From an uncultured bacterium (lineage in GTDB: Bacteria > Verrucomicrobiota > Verrucomicrobiia > Limisphaerales > UBA8199): a stretch of 64,000 nucleotides of DNA. Each line of letters opens with the position of its first letter. The stretch's first letter is position 1. Location: the NCBI GenBank assembly GCA_963749495.1, contig CAVVMW010000004.1, positions 640,001 through 704,000 of the forward strand. Reading direction: 5' to 3'. Of this stretch, positions 56,001 to 64,000 are shown piece by piece. The notes under the pieces were generated by a model. It had not been told where the DNA came from. It saw only the letters and a program-made list of their open reading frames with translations, and searched no databases. Position numbers and translations under genes: made by a program.

Positions 56001-56990
56001 TGGTCTGCTCCTTGGGCTCGAGCGGCTCAGCCGCGTCGAAGGTTTGGGCGCCTCTTCCTCCCGGATGCAGCGGAGGATCTCGTCCAACCCGGCCTGCGCG
56101 AGCGCCTTGGGCTCGAAGGGCGTCCGGCCAGTCAGCAGTTCGTAAAGCAGCACCCCCAGCGCGTAGATGTCGCTGCGCGTGTCCACGTCCAGTCCGCTCA
56201 CGCCCGCCTGCTCCGGGCTCGTATAGGCCGGGGTGCCGATGAACTGCTCGAACCGGGTATAGACCGTCTTGTCCGTAAGCCGCTCGCCGATCGCCTTGGC
56301 AATCCCGAAATCGATCACCTTGGGCACCGGCACGTCATCGGCCAGCATCACCAGGATGTTCGAGGGCTTGATGTCGCGGTGAATGACCCCCTTCTGATGC
56401 GCGTGCTGGATGGCGTGACAGACCTGGACGAAGAGCTTAAGCCGCTCCTCCGTGGATAGGTGGTTCTGGTCACAGTAATCGGTAATCCGGACACCGCGGA
56501 CCAGTTCCATGGCGAAGTAGGGCCGGCCCGTGTCCGTGGCCCCGCCGTCCAGGACTTTGGCGATGTTGGGATGGTCCATCATGGCCAGGGCCTGCCGTTC
56601 GGCCTCGAACCGGGCAACGACCTGCTTGGTGTCCATGCCCAGCTTGATGACCTTCAGCGCCACGCGCCGCCGCACCGGTTGCTCCTGCTCAGCCACATAC
56701 ACCACCCCGCAGCCGCCCTCGCCGATCTTCTCCCGAATCCTGTAGCGCCCGATGAGGGCGCCCGGACCTTCCTCGGGCGGCAGAAGCAGGGTTGCGCCGC
56801 CGGGCGCCGCCACGTGCGGTTCGAGGAATGAATCGGGGTTCTCATGGGCCTGGAGGAGGGCTTGGAGCCTGCCGCGCAGGCCCTGGTCTCCCGCGCAGGC
56901 CTGGTCGAGGAATGCCTCCCGTTCCGGCCCCTTGGCCCGTTGCAAGGCCTCACGGAAGAGGACTTCTTCCCGGTCGTCAGCAGGTTTCAT
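53004..56990 (-). CDS. Ser/Thr kinase-TM-14xWD40 receptor 3 (frameshifts ~56020 and ~53622)
   Basis: Three consecutive ORF pieces rebuild the same architecture as receptor 2, ending GIRVTLDPEGKD. Confidence 0.85.
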
Positions 56991-57077
56991 AAGCAAAGGG
57001 GATGGTTCATTCGATCACACATGCGTCTTTCACTTCTCAGCTTGACAAAGCAGGCGACAGAGCGCCAAATTCCTCGC

Positions 57078-57299
57078 GTGGACAGGCAAACGATTTTGGT
57101 CAAGGCCGATGAAAAAGGCCGCATCTCCATCCGCGGAACGAAGAAGGGGCAGCCATACCTCGTGACGGCGGAAGCAGGCGGCTGGTGGGTGATGCCCGCG
57201 GCCGAGGCGAAGGCTCCAGCCCGCCCGATGGAGGCTCTGGTGGCGGACACCTGGGAGAAGCTTGGGCCAGCGCCAGAGATCGATTATGACAGGAAATAG
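57078..57299 (+). CDS. Small AbrB/MazE-like antitoxin candidate
   Basis: 73 aa; VKADEKGRISI resembles the AbrB motif; TTGACA at 57042. Confidence 0.55.
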   Translation: MDRQTILVKADEKGRISIRGTKKGQPYLVTAEAGGWWVMPAAEAKAPARPMEALVADTWEKLGPAPEIDYDRK

Positions 57300-57381
57300 G
57301 ATCATCCAACGTATCGCTCCTTTTCCCGAAGATTCGTTTTCCAGAGTGATGGACGCGACAGCGCAGATGCTTGGTTTGTAA
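57286..57381 (+). pseudogene. Possible toxin remnant (PemK/MazF-like C-terminus)
   Basis: Overlapping mini-ORF MTGNRIIQRIAPFPEDSFSRVMDATAQMLGL*. Confidence 0.3.
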
Positions 57382-57401
57382 GCCCGAAAGAGGATATCTC
57401 T

Positions 57402-57560
57402 ATCGGGGCTCTCCTGGGCCTGGAGGAGGGCTTCGAGCCTGGCGCGCAATGCCGCGTTTCCCACGCAGGCCCCGTCGAGGAAGGCATCGCGCGCCGGTCC
57501 ACTGGCCCGTTTGAGGGCCTCTCGGAAGAGGACTTCTTCCCGGTCGTCAGCCGGTTTCAT
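57402..57560 (-). pseudogene. 5' stub of a fourth kinase receptor
   Basis: MKPADDREEVLFREAL…LRARLEALLQAQESPD, then unrelated sequence. Confidence 0.85.
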
Positions 57561-57583
57561 ACGCGGAGGGGTTGGTTCATTCA

Positions 57584-57623
57584 ATCATACATGCGCGGTT
57601 TGGAGGCAAAAGGTATGGACGAA
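57584..57623 (-). promoter_or_regulatory. Candidate ECF-type promoter upstream of the kinase stub
   Basis: TTCGTCCATAC-N17-CGCATGTATGAT; the downstream box alone recurs at 52836-52847 and 57014-57025. Confidence 0.6.
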
Positions 57624-57635
57624 TCTTCCGCCCCC

Positions 57636-57941
57636 TCAAATTGACTGGCGCATCTCGACCGCCAGCCAGGCCCGGGCGTAGGCCCACCATTCCTTGGCCG
57701 TAGGCAAGGCGATGCCCAGGACGGAAGCAGGCTCCTCGAAGCCCACGCCGGTGAAATAGCGCAGCTTCACCAGTTCACCCTTGCGCGGATCGATTGCGGC
57801 AAACTTCTCCAGGGCCTCGTCCACCGCGAGCAACCTCTCATCATCTTTGCGCAACTCCTCATAGACCAGTGGCAGCAGCCCCTCAGCAGGCTGCGGCGTG
57901 CCCTGTTTCACGCGAGCGGGAATGCGCGTGATGTCGCTCAC
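57636..57941 (-). pseudogene. Planctomycete/Verrucomicrobia-type ECF sigma factor with in-frame internal deletion
   Basis: SDITRI…LLPLVYEELRK is joined directly to DDERLLAVDEAL…VKLRYF.G…W.YARAWL; most of region 2 is missing. Confidence 0.85.
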
Positions 57942-58119
57942 GAGCGGAGGATAAAAAAGGCAGTCCTGGCACGCAATCCCAAACCCGCCGGCAACGGACC
58001 TTCGGGTGCAGGACGGAGATCTTCACAAAATGGGTTTTGCTGGGCTTTCATCACAGAGGGTCTCCAGGAATCCAGATACGAACTTGCACGGACCACAAGG
58101 ATGCCGGCCATCCGGCCGC

Positions 58120-58219
58120 CTCTTCGTTTCCTTCGTTTCCTTCTGTTCTATTCGTGTGCCCAGCCGGTGGGACGCTCGAAAAGAACAGAAGGAAACGAAG
58201 GAAACGAAGGATAGAAGAG
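58120..58219. repeat. Inverted pair of 9-bp arrays (CTTCGTTTC / GAAACGAAG)
   Basis: cttcgtttccttcgtttccttctgttct…agaacagaaggaaacgaaggaaacgaag. Confidence 0.85.
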
Positions 58220-58285
58220 CCAGATCATCTCTGAGAGCTGCGATCTGGGGGTCCAATAAGAATTCTGTCTCACACGCACAACGGT

Positions 58286-59368
58286 TCAACAACCCGTGCC
58301 GAAGAGGCGGCACAGGCCCTCTCGGGAGGCGGGGCAGAGGCCTCGCTCGGTGATCAGGCCGGTGACGTACTTGGCGGGGGTGACGTCGAATCCGTAGTTG
58401 GCGGCCGGGGAGCCTTTGGGCAGGATGGAGACGGTCTCCCTGGCCCCGGCGGCGGTCAGGCCGGAGATGGCGGCCACTTCTTGGGCGCCGCGCGTCTCGA
58501 TCGGGATGTCGCGAAGGCCGTTCTCGATGGTCCAGTCAATCGTGGGGCTGGGCAGTCCGACGTAGAAGGGCACGCCGTTGTCGTGCGCGGCCAGGGCCTT
58601 GAGGTAGGTGCCGATCTTGTTGCAGACATCGCCGTTGGCGGTGGTGCGGTCGGTGCCGACGAGGCAGACATCCACCATGCCATGCTGCATGAGATGGCCC
58701 CCGGCGTTGTCCACAATCACCGTGTGCGGCACGCCGTGCTGGCCCAACTCCCAGGCCGTGAGGCTGGCGCCCTGGTTGCGCGGGCGGGTCTCATCCACCC
58801 AGACGTGGACCGGCAGGCCCGAGTCGTGGGCCAAATAGACCGGGGCCAGGGCCGTCCCCCAATCCACCGTGGCCAACCAACCGGCGTTGCAGTGCGTCAG
58901 CACGTTGAGCCTGCCGCCCTTCTTCTGCTGGAGGCCCCGGAGGATAGCCAGTCCGTGACGGCCGATGGATTGGTTGAGGGCCACGTCCTGGTCACAAATG
59001 GCCGCGGCGGCCGTGCGCGCGGCGGCGAACCGCTCGGGGCCCGGCAGCGGCAGGATGGCCTGTCTGACCCGGTCCAGGGCCCAGCGCAAATTGACCGCCG
59101 TGGGCCGGGTCGAGAGCAGCATCTGGCAGGCGCTGTCAATGGCCGCGTCGGAGGCCTCCTGGCGGCATTGCAGGACGATGCCGTAGGCGGCCGTGGCGCC
59201 GATGAGCGGCGCCCCGCGCACCAGCATCGCCTTGATCGCATGGGCGCAATCGCTCATCGAGCGCAGCACCCTAGTCTCGAATTGGTGCGGGAGCAGGGTT
59301 TGGTCGATGATCTCGACCCCGCCCTCGACCTCCCAGATGGTGCGATAATGTTTGCCGGCCACGTTCAC
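58286..59368 (-). CDS. mtnA: S-methyl-5-thioribose-1-phosphate isomerase
   Basis: [44 protein letters not shown] and FDVTP motifs. Confidence 0.95.
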   Translation of the reverse strand: MNVAGKHYRTIWEVEGGVEIIDQTLLPHQFETRVLRSMSDCAHAIKAMLVRGAPLIGATAAYGIVLQCRQEASDAAIDSACQMLLSTRPTAVNLRWALDRVRQAILPLPGPERFAAARTAAAAICDQDVALNQSIGRHGLAILRGLQQKKGGRLNVLTHCNAGWLATVDWGTALAPVYLAHDSGLPVHVWVDETRPRNQGASLTAWELGQHGVPHTVIVDNAGGHLMQHGMVDVCLVGTDRTTANGDVCNKIGTYLKALAAHDNGVPFYVGLPSPTIDWTIENGLRDIPIETRGAQEVAAISGLTAAGARETVSILPKGSPAANYGFDVTPAKYVTGLITERGLCPASREGLCRLFGTGC

Positions 59369-59385
59369 CGGTGCAGGCTAACACG

Positions 59386-59556
59386 CCCCGAGGCTCACTC
59401 AAGGGCGGAGATGCCGAAAGCCAGTCCACAGTCCATCCACCCTCCGTAGCAGAGCTACTGCGGAGGACGGGCAGTCCACAGTCCACAGTCCACAGTCCAC
59501 AGTCCACAGTCCACAGTCCAAGCCCCCCGAGGCTCACTCAAGGGCGGAGATACCGA
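59386..59556. repeat. (CAGTCCA)n array with a 36-bp hairpin insert, flanked by 32-bp direct repeats
   Basis: CCCCGAGGCTCACTCAAGGGCGGAGAT(G/A)CCGA at 59386-59417 and 59525-59556. Confidence 0.88.
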
Positions 59557-59752
59557 GACGCGGAGAGGCGGAGAGGCGGAGAGGCGGGGAGACCGCCTTC
59601 ATCTTGAATTTCTGGCTGCAGTTGCTCAGAATGGGCGGGTGGAAGCAAGGCAGAAAAATGGGGGCAGGAAGATGAAGACGGGGAGACACGGAGAGCAATT
59701 CCTCCGCGTCCCCGCGTCTCCGCGTCTTCATTTTTCCGCCTTTCAATAGCCC

Positions 59753-60904
59753 ATGTCGCGCGTTGTTCTCGAGAATCTGACCAAGGTGTTCCCAGGGCCC
59801 GGGGGCGGGGTAGTGCGGGCGGTCCAGGGGATGAGCCTGGCGGTGGAGGACAAGGAATGCGTGGTGCTAGTCGGGCCGTCGGGGTGCGGCAAGACGACGA
59901 CGTTGCGGATGATAGCGGGGCTGGAGGAACCGACGGAGGGGACGGTGGCCCTGGACGGGCGGGTGCTCAATGGAGTGGCGGCCAAGGACCGCGAGGTGGC
60001 GATGGTGTTTCAGCATCATGCCCTCTACCCGCACATGACGGTGTATGAGAACCTGGCGTTCGGGTTGAAGGTGCGGGGGTGCCCGCGGGCGGAGATCCAA
60101 CGCCGGGTCAAAGCGGCGGCAGAGGCCCTGGGCTTGGCCGGCTGCCTGGAGCGGCGCCCGCAGGCGCTCTCGGGGGGCGAACGCCAGCGAGTGGCCCTGG
60201 GCCGCGCACTGGTGCGCCGGCCCAAGGTATTCCTCTTGGACGAACCGCTCTCGAACCTGGACGCGCCGATGCGGGCGCTCATGCGCCTGGAGATCGCCCG
60301 CCTGCGCGCCCGGTTGGAAACGACCGCCATTTACGTGACCCATGACCAGGTCGAGGCCATGGTGCTGGGCCAGCGCATTGCGGTCGTGCGCGAGGGGGTC
60401 CTCCAGCAGATTGCCGAGCCCAACGTTGTCTATCGGCGCCCGGCCAACCTGTTCGTGGCCGGGTTTATCGGCTCGCCGCCGATGAATTTTTTCACGGGGA
60501 CAATCGTGGAACAGGGCGGCCGGCTGTTTTTCCAAGAGCTGCCTGCCGCGGGCAGCACCGGCGATGCTTTGCCGGCCCGCTTGATGCTCCCCCTGGACGA
60601 GGCCATGGCGCTGCGAGCCAATCAGGACGCGGGCCGCAATGTCGTCCTGGGCGTCCGCCCCGAGCATATCGCCCTGGCCTCGGCCGTTGCCGGCGCGCCG
60701 CCGGGCCAAACGGTCGAAACGGCAATCCAGGTCGTGCAACCGATGGGAGCCGAGACGTGCCTGGAGCTGGCGGGGTGCGCCCGCCCGTTTGTCGCGCGGG
60801 TCCCGGCCGCCGACGGTCTGCGCGCAGGCCAGCGCCTGCGCCTGAGCTTCGATATGCGCCAGGCGCGGTTCTTCGACCCGCAGAGCGAGAGGGCCATTGG
60901 GTGA
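59753..60904 (+). CDS. Sugar ABC transporter ATP-binding protein (MalK/UgpC-like)
   Basis: GPSGCGKTT, LSGGERQR, LLDEPLSNLD, YVTHDQ and FIGSPPMN motifs. Confidence 0.95.
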   Translation: MSRVVLENLTKVFPGPGGGVVRAVQGMSLAVEDKECVVLVGPSGCGKTTTLRMIAGLEEPTEGTVALDGRVLNGVAAKDREVAMVFQHHALYPHMTVYENLAFGLKVRGCPRAEIQRRVKAAAEALGLAGCLERRPQALSGGERQRVALGRALVRRPKVFLLDEPLSNLDAPMRALMRLEIARLRARLETTAIYVTHDQVEAMVLGQRIAVVREGVLQQIAEPNVVYRRPANLFVAGFIGSPPMNFFTGTIVEQGGRLFFQELPAAGSTGDALPARLMLPLDEAMALRANQDAGRNVVLGVRPEHIALASAVAGAPPGQTVETAIQVVQPMGAETCLELAGCARPFVARVPAADGLRAGQRLRLSFDMRQARFFDPQSERAIG

Positions 60905-60957
60905 GAAATTCAAGTTGGACAATCGGTCAGGACAATCATTAGAGTAAGGCAATTGAT

Positions 60958-61242
60958 ATGAAAAACACTCCTCTGACAACCCTCCTGCTGGTCCTGCTGG
61001 CCATCAGCGCGGTCTGGTCCGTCATCTTGTGCATGCAGTTTATCAATCGAACGCGCGAGATCCGGCAACTCTCCGCTCAGGCTGCGGTCATTCAAACCCG
61101 GCAGCAGGCCTTCCGGGCGCTGGTCATCGAGACCCAGGAATACGCCAGGACCAACCGGGCCATCGATCCCATCCTCAAATCCATCGGCATCGAGAGGACG
61201 CCCGCCGCTGCCAGCGCCGGCGCCAACCCCGCCGCCAAGTAA
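60958..61242 (+). CDS. Small hypothetical membrane protein
   Basis: N-terminal TM helix and coiled-coil-like segment. Confidence 0.7.
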   Translation: MKNTPLTTLLLVLLAISAVWSVILCMQFINRTREIRQLSAQAAVIQTRQQAFRALVIETQEYARTNRAIDPILKSIGIERTPAAASAGANPAAK

Positions 61243-61270
61243 ACCGCACCGCAACAGTCAACCAACTCCT

Positions 61271-61654
61271 ATGGATATGGACAACCTGGAAAACCAGCCG
61301 CCCTCCCCCTCCCAAGTTCAGCCCGCGGCGCTGCAGGCCCAACTGGACTCGTTGCGCCAGTTGGTCGTCTCGACCCTCATCCTGCTCTTGGTCGTCAGCG
61401 GCACCCTCAATGTCTTCTTCCTCAAGCAAGCCAAGTCCGCCCGCCAGGACCTCGAGGACATCAACAGGGCCTTTGGCCCCGCCATACGCCAAAACCCCGC
61501 CGCCGGGGCATGGATGGACGACTTCGTGCGCAAATTGGTTGGCTACGCCAAAGACCACCCCGACTTCGCCCCCGTTCTCAGAAAGTACGTCCCTCAACTT
61601 CCGCCCACGGCTCCGGCTCCGGCCCGGCCCGCCGCGCCCCCGGCCAAGAAATAA
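61271..61654 (+). CDS. Hypothetical membrane protein
   Basis: One TM helix; C-terminal YAK.HPDF.P.L.KY resembles the end of the upstream ORF. Confidence 0.7.
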   Translation: MDMDNLENQPPSPSQVQPAALQAQLDSLRQLVVSTLILLLVVSGTLNVFFLKQAKSARQDLEDINRAFGPAIRQNPAAGAWMDDFVRKLVGYAKDHPDFAPVLRKYVPQLPPTAPAPARPAAPPAKK

Positions 61655-61737
61655 GCGGCCTAAAGCCTGAAGAAGCCCTTGCCTTGTTATCGACCCGGAC
61701 GGCGCCAAGGGAACACCGGTGTGTGCCCCAGGTCAAT

Positions 61738-61943
61738 CAGGGCCATTGACAAAGTCACTCGGTGCCCCGGTGCGCCAGGGGCGCCAGCGTAGCGCAGACT
61801 TCCAAGTCTGCTGTGTCGCGGGTTTCCAAACCCGCAGGCCGTCCGCAAACCGGGCGCGCTCGATGTGCCGACGCCCTGCCGATTTGGAAATCGGCGATAC
61901 GGCAGGTTTGGAAACCTGCGCTACAACTTTGTCAACGTCCCCG
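61738..61943. mobile_element. MITE-like element with REP doublet (copy 2)
   Basis: CAGGGCCATTGACAAAGT…ACTTTGTCAACGTCCCCG; homologous to 18278-18457. Confidence 0.8.
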
Positions 61944-62964
61944 CGCCGGCGGCGTCGAGGAAGGCGCGGAGGTTCTCGGTGCTCACGCCCGGCGGCATCC
62001 CGCCGGCACAAGACAGGATGAGCCTGGAGGAATCGGCGGCCTCGGCCAGGAGCCTTCTGACGGCGCGGGCGACGTCCTGGGGCGAGCCCTTGGCCAGGAC
62101 GTCGCGGGGCGGGACGTTGCCGAGGATGGCCAGCCGATGAGCGCAGAGGCGGCGCAACTCGGTGAGGGTGTTGAAGATGCCGGGGTTGTAGAGATTGACC
62201 CCCATTTCCGGATAGAGGCCGATCGAGTTGGCGCACGGGGCGTCGTTGTGGAAGAACTTGACGGAGGCGCCAGGGGCGTAAAGCTCCTTGAAATAGGGCA
62301 GGCCGAATTGACGGAAGTCCTCCTGGCCGATGAACCCGACGAGGTCGTCCAGGAGGAAGATGCCGTCAATGGAAGGGAACGCGTCGCGCTGGAGCTGATG
62401 CCACTGCTTGAGGAAGGCGGTGACCAGGCGGAGCAGCTTGTGGGCCTGGTCGGGCTGGGTCTTGAGCAGCATGAGGAACTCGGAGGCACCCATGAGAAAC
62501 GAGGCGATATTGAGGGGACCGCGCGAGACGGAGAAGCGGATTTTGTGGCCGAGGCCCTCGATGCGGGGGCGGGCGCGCCGGAGGCGGTTGAGCATGAAGG
62601 GCAGCAACCCGTCGGTGGCGGGGTCCGGCTGGGCCAGGTCCTCGATTTGGGCGGGGTCGCGGATGAGCTTGTCGGCGAAGGGGAATTCATTGCGGTAGAA
62701 GATGCACTTGGCGCCAAAGGCGGAAGGCTCGGTACACATGCCGAACTCGGACCAGAAGCCGGGCAGGAAGAGGATCTGGGGAAAGGTCTCGACGGCCTTG
62801 CGATTGGCCTCGAACCAGAGGTCCTGGTCGGTGAAGTAATCGAGGATGTCGGCGCCAAACCAGTTTGGCAGCCAGGGACAGTCGATAATGAACCCGACCG
62901 GCGGCCACGCCAGGGCCTGGCCCTGGACCACGGCCAGAAGTTGGGTCCACTGCGCGTCGGTCAC
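61921..62964 (-). CDS. Uroporphyrinogen decarboxylase-like family protein
   Basis: GPLNIAS.LMG, FFHND, ILGNVPP and ILSCAGGMPPG…EN; the stop codon lies inside the MITE. Confidence 0.82.
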   Translation of the reverse strand: MTDAQWTQLLAVVQGQALAWPPVGFIIDCPWLPNWFGADILDYFTDQDLWFEANRKAVETFPQILFLPGFWSEFGMCTEPSAFGAKCIFYRNEFPFADKLIRDPAQIEDLAQPDPATDGLLPFMLNRLRRARPRIEGLGHKIRFSVSRGPLNIASFLMGASEFLMLLKTQPDQAHKLLRLVTAFLKQWHQLQRDAFPSIDGIFLLDDLVGFIGQEDFRQFGLPYFKELYAPGASVKFFHNDAPCANSIGLYPEMGVNLYNPGIFNTLTELRRLCAHRLAILGNVPPRDVLAKGSPQDVARAVRRLLAEAADSSRLILSCAGGMPPGVSTENLRAFLDAAGAGTLTKL

Positions 62965-62986
62965 GGTACCCTCAGACGAGGTTCCC

Positions 62987-63130
62987 GAATGACGAATGAC
63001 GAATGACGAATGACGAATGGCAAAACGGGCGGATCATCTGCAGTTTCGTCATTCGTCATTCGTCATTCGTCATTCGTCATTCACGGATTGCACGGATACA
63101 AGAATCCGTGCAATCCGTGCAATCCGTGGT
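62987..63130. repeat. Inverted heptamer arrays plus inverted 9-mer arrays
   Basis: (CGAATGA)n / (TCATTCG)n, then CACGGATTG / CAATCCGTG arrays. Confidence 0.9.
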
Positions 63131-63143
63131 TACTCAGTTCCTT

Positions 63144-64000
63144 TTAGAACCGCTTCGTGAGAGTCAAGGCGATGGTGTGGCCCTGCAGGCGGTCTTCGGC
63201 CATGAATTCATAGAGGTAACGGATGGAGGTGTTCACGCCGATTGCCTTGCAGAACATGCTCAACTCGGGGCCGATGCCGGCCACACGGGGACGCGCGCCA
63301 ACTACAATCGGGGCGCTGCCGCTGTCTTCGGTGACCTTCTGCTGGTAGTAGCCAACGACGCCGAGATCGTAAGTCCCGCCCAGATTGTAACTCACGCCCC
63401 CTTCAACCGTGTAGGCCTGGCCAGGCGTCAAATCAACGTCGTCCTTCTTCATGCTGATCTCGTAGCGGTTGAGGACCGAGACGGCCCACTTCTTGTCGGC
63501 ATCGGGGTACCAGGTGGCGCCAGCAGTGAACATGTGCGTCCAGAAGCCGAGCCCGGCGTGGGCCGAGATTGGGTCCGTTGAGAAGTCGCCGGTGGGAGCC
63601 CAAGCCCCATACCCCAACGAGAGATCGAACTGCTTCAGATGCGTGGACCACGTCGCCTCCGCAAAGACATCGCCAATCCCGAAGTTGCGATCGTTGATGA
63701 CAGGATTGATCCGGAGCGAGGTGTATTGGATGGGAAGGAGGGCATCGACGCCGAAGTTGCCGCCGAGGAAGCTGAGGGGGGTAATCCAGATGATGCGCGG
63801 GACATTGGCATAAACCAGGGCGCGAGTGTCGTGCCCGGTGAGCTCATGGCCTGTGGCGTCGTTGAGGGTGGTGGAATAGTAAAGGACGTTGTAGTCCCTG
63901 AGGTACCAGCCCGGCGGGGGGAGTGAGGCGGCTTTAATGCCTTCGACCCCCGGCACATAGTGTGTCGGGGCGGCGGGCGGTCTTGTCAGGGGCTGGGCCT
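63144..64000 (-). CDS. MetA-pathway/SphA-like outer-membrane beta-barrel protein (5' end outside the window)
   Basis: HYVPGVEGIKAASLPPPG, G.GD, APTG motifs; alternating beta-strand pattern; C-terminal Phe. Confidence 0.8.
   Translation of the reverse strand, partial: AQPLTRPPAAPTHYVPGVEGIKAASLPPPGWYLRDYNVLYYSTTLNDATGHELTGHDTRALVYANVPRIIWITPLSFLGGNFGVDALLPIQYTSLRINPVINDRNFGIGDVFAEATWSTHLKQFDLSLGYGAWAPTGDFSTDPISAHAGLGFWTHMFTAGATWYPDADKKWAVSVLNRYEISMKKDDVDLTPGQAYTVEGGVSYNLGGTYDLGVVGYYQQKVTEDSGSAPIVVGARPRVAGIGPELSMFCKAIGVNTSIRYLYEFMAEDRLQGHTIALTLTKRF

Overview
GC-rich bacterial window, most likely Verrucomicrobia (Pedosphaerales/Limisphaerales-like); this is inferred from gene content and protein style, not from a database search. 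Bases 1-14.7 kb are accessory DNA next to a tRNA-Cys and a tyrosine integrase. They contain a truncated transposase, an IS66-like element (995-6326) carrying a DUF4338/DruA-like passenger gene and interrupted by a partly deleted RIT element, an AlbA_2 protein, a putative glycoside hydrolase, an SDR pseudogene and a TPR protein. Core genes follow (cinA, fur, serA, PPIase, split Fe-S fumarase, parE/parC, mtnA, ABC ATPase, URO-D family). Interleaved with them are a stressosome-type operon (rsbR-S-T, kinase/phosphatase, histidine kinase), a Uma2+gpx cassette between 44-bp inverted repeats, a VapBC pair between parE and parC, and a ~14-kb array of mosaic Ser/Thr kinase-WD40 receptors with a repeated promoter-like motif and a deleted ECF sigma. 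The most unusual signal is a dense set of 7-, 8-, 9- and 12-bp tandem arrays, often in inverted pairs. Short hairpin units of 21, 30 and 36 bp sit in frame in proteins, and the 30- and 36-bp units are inserted between units of heptamer arrays. Single-base frameshifts in several conserved genes are most likely assembly errors.
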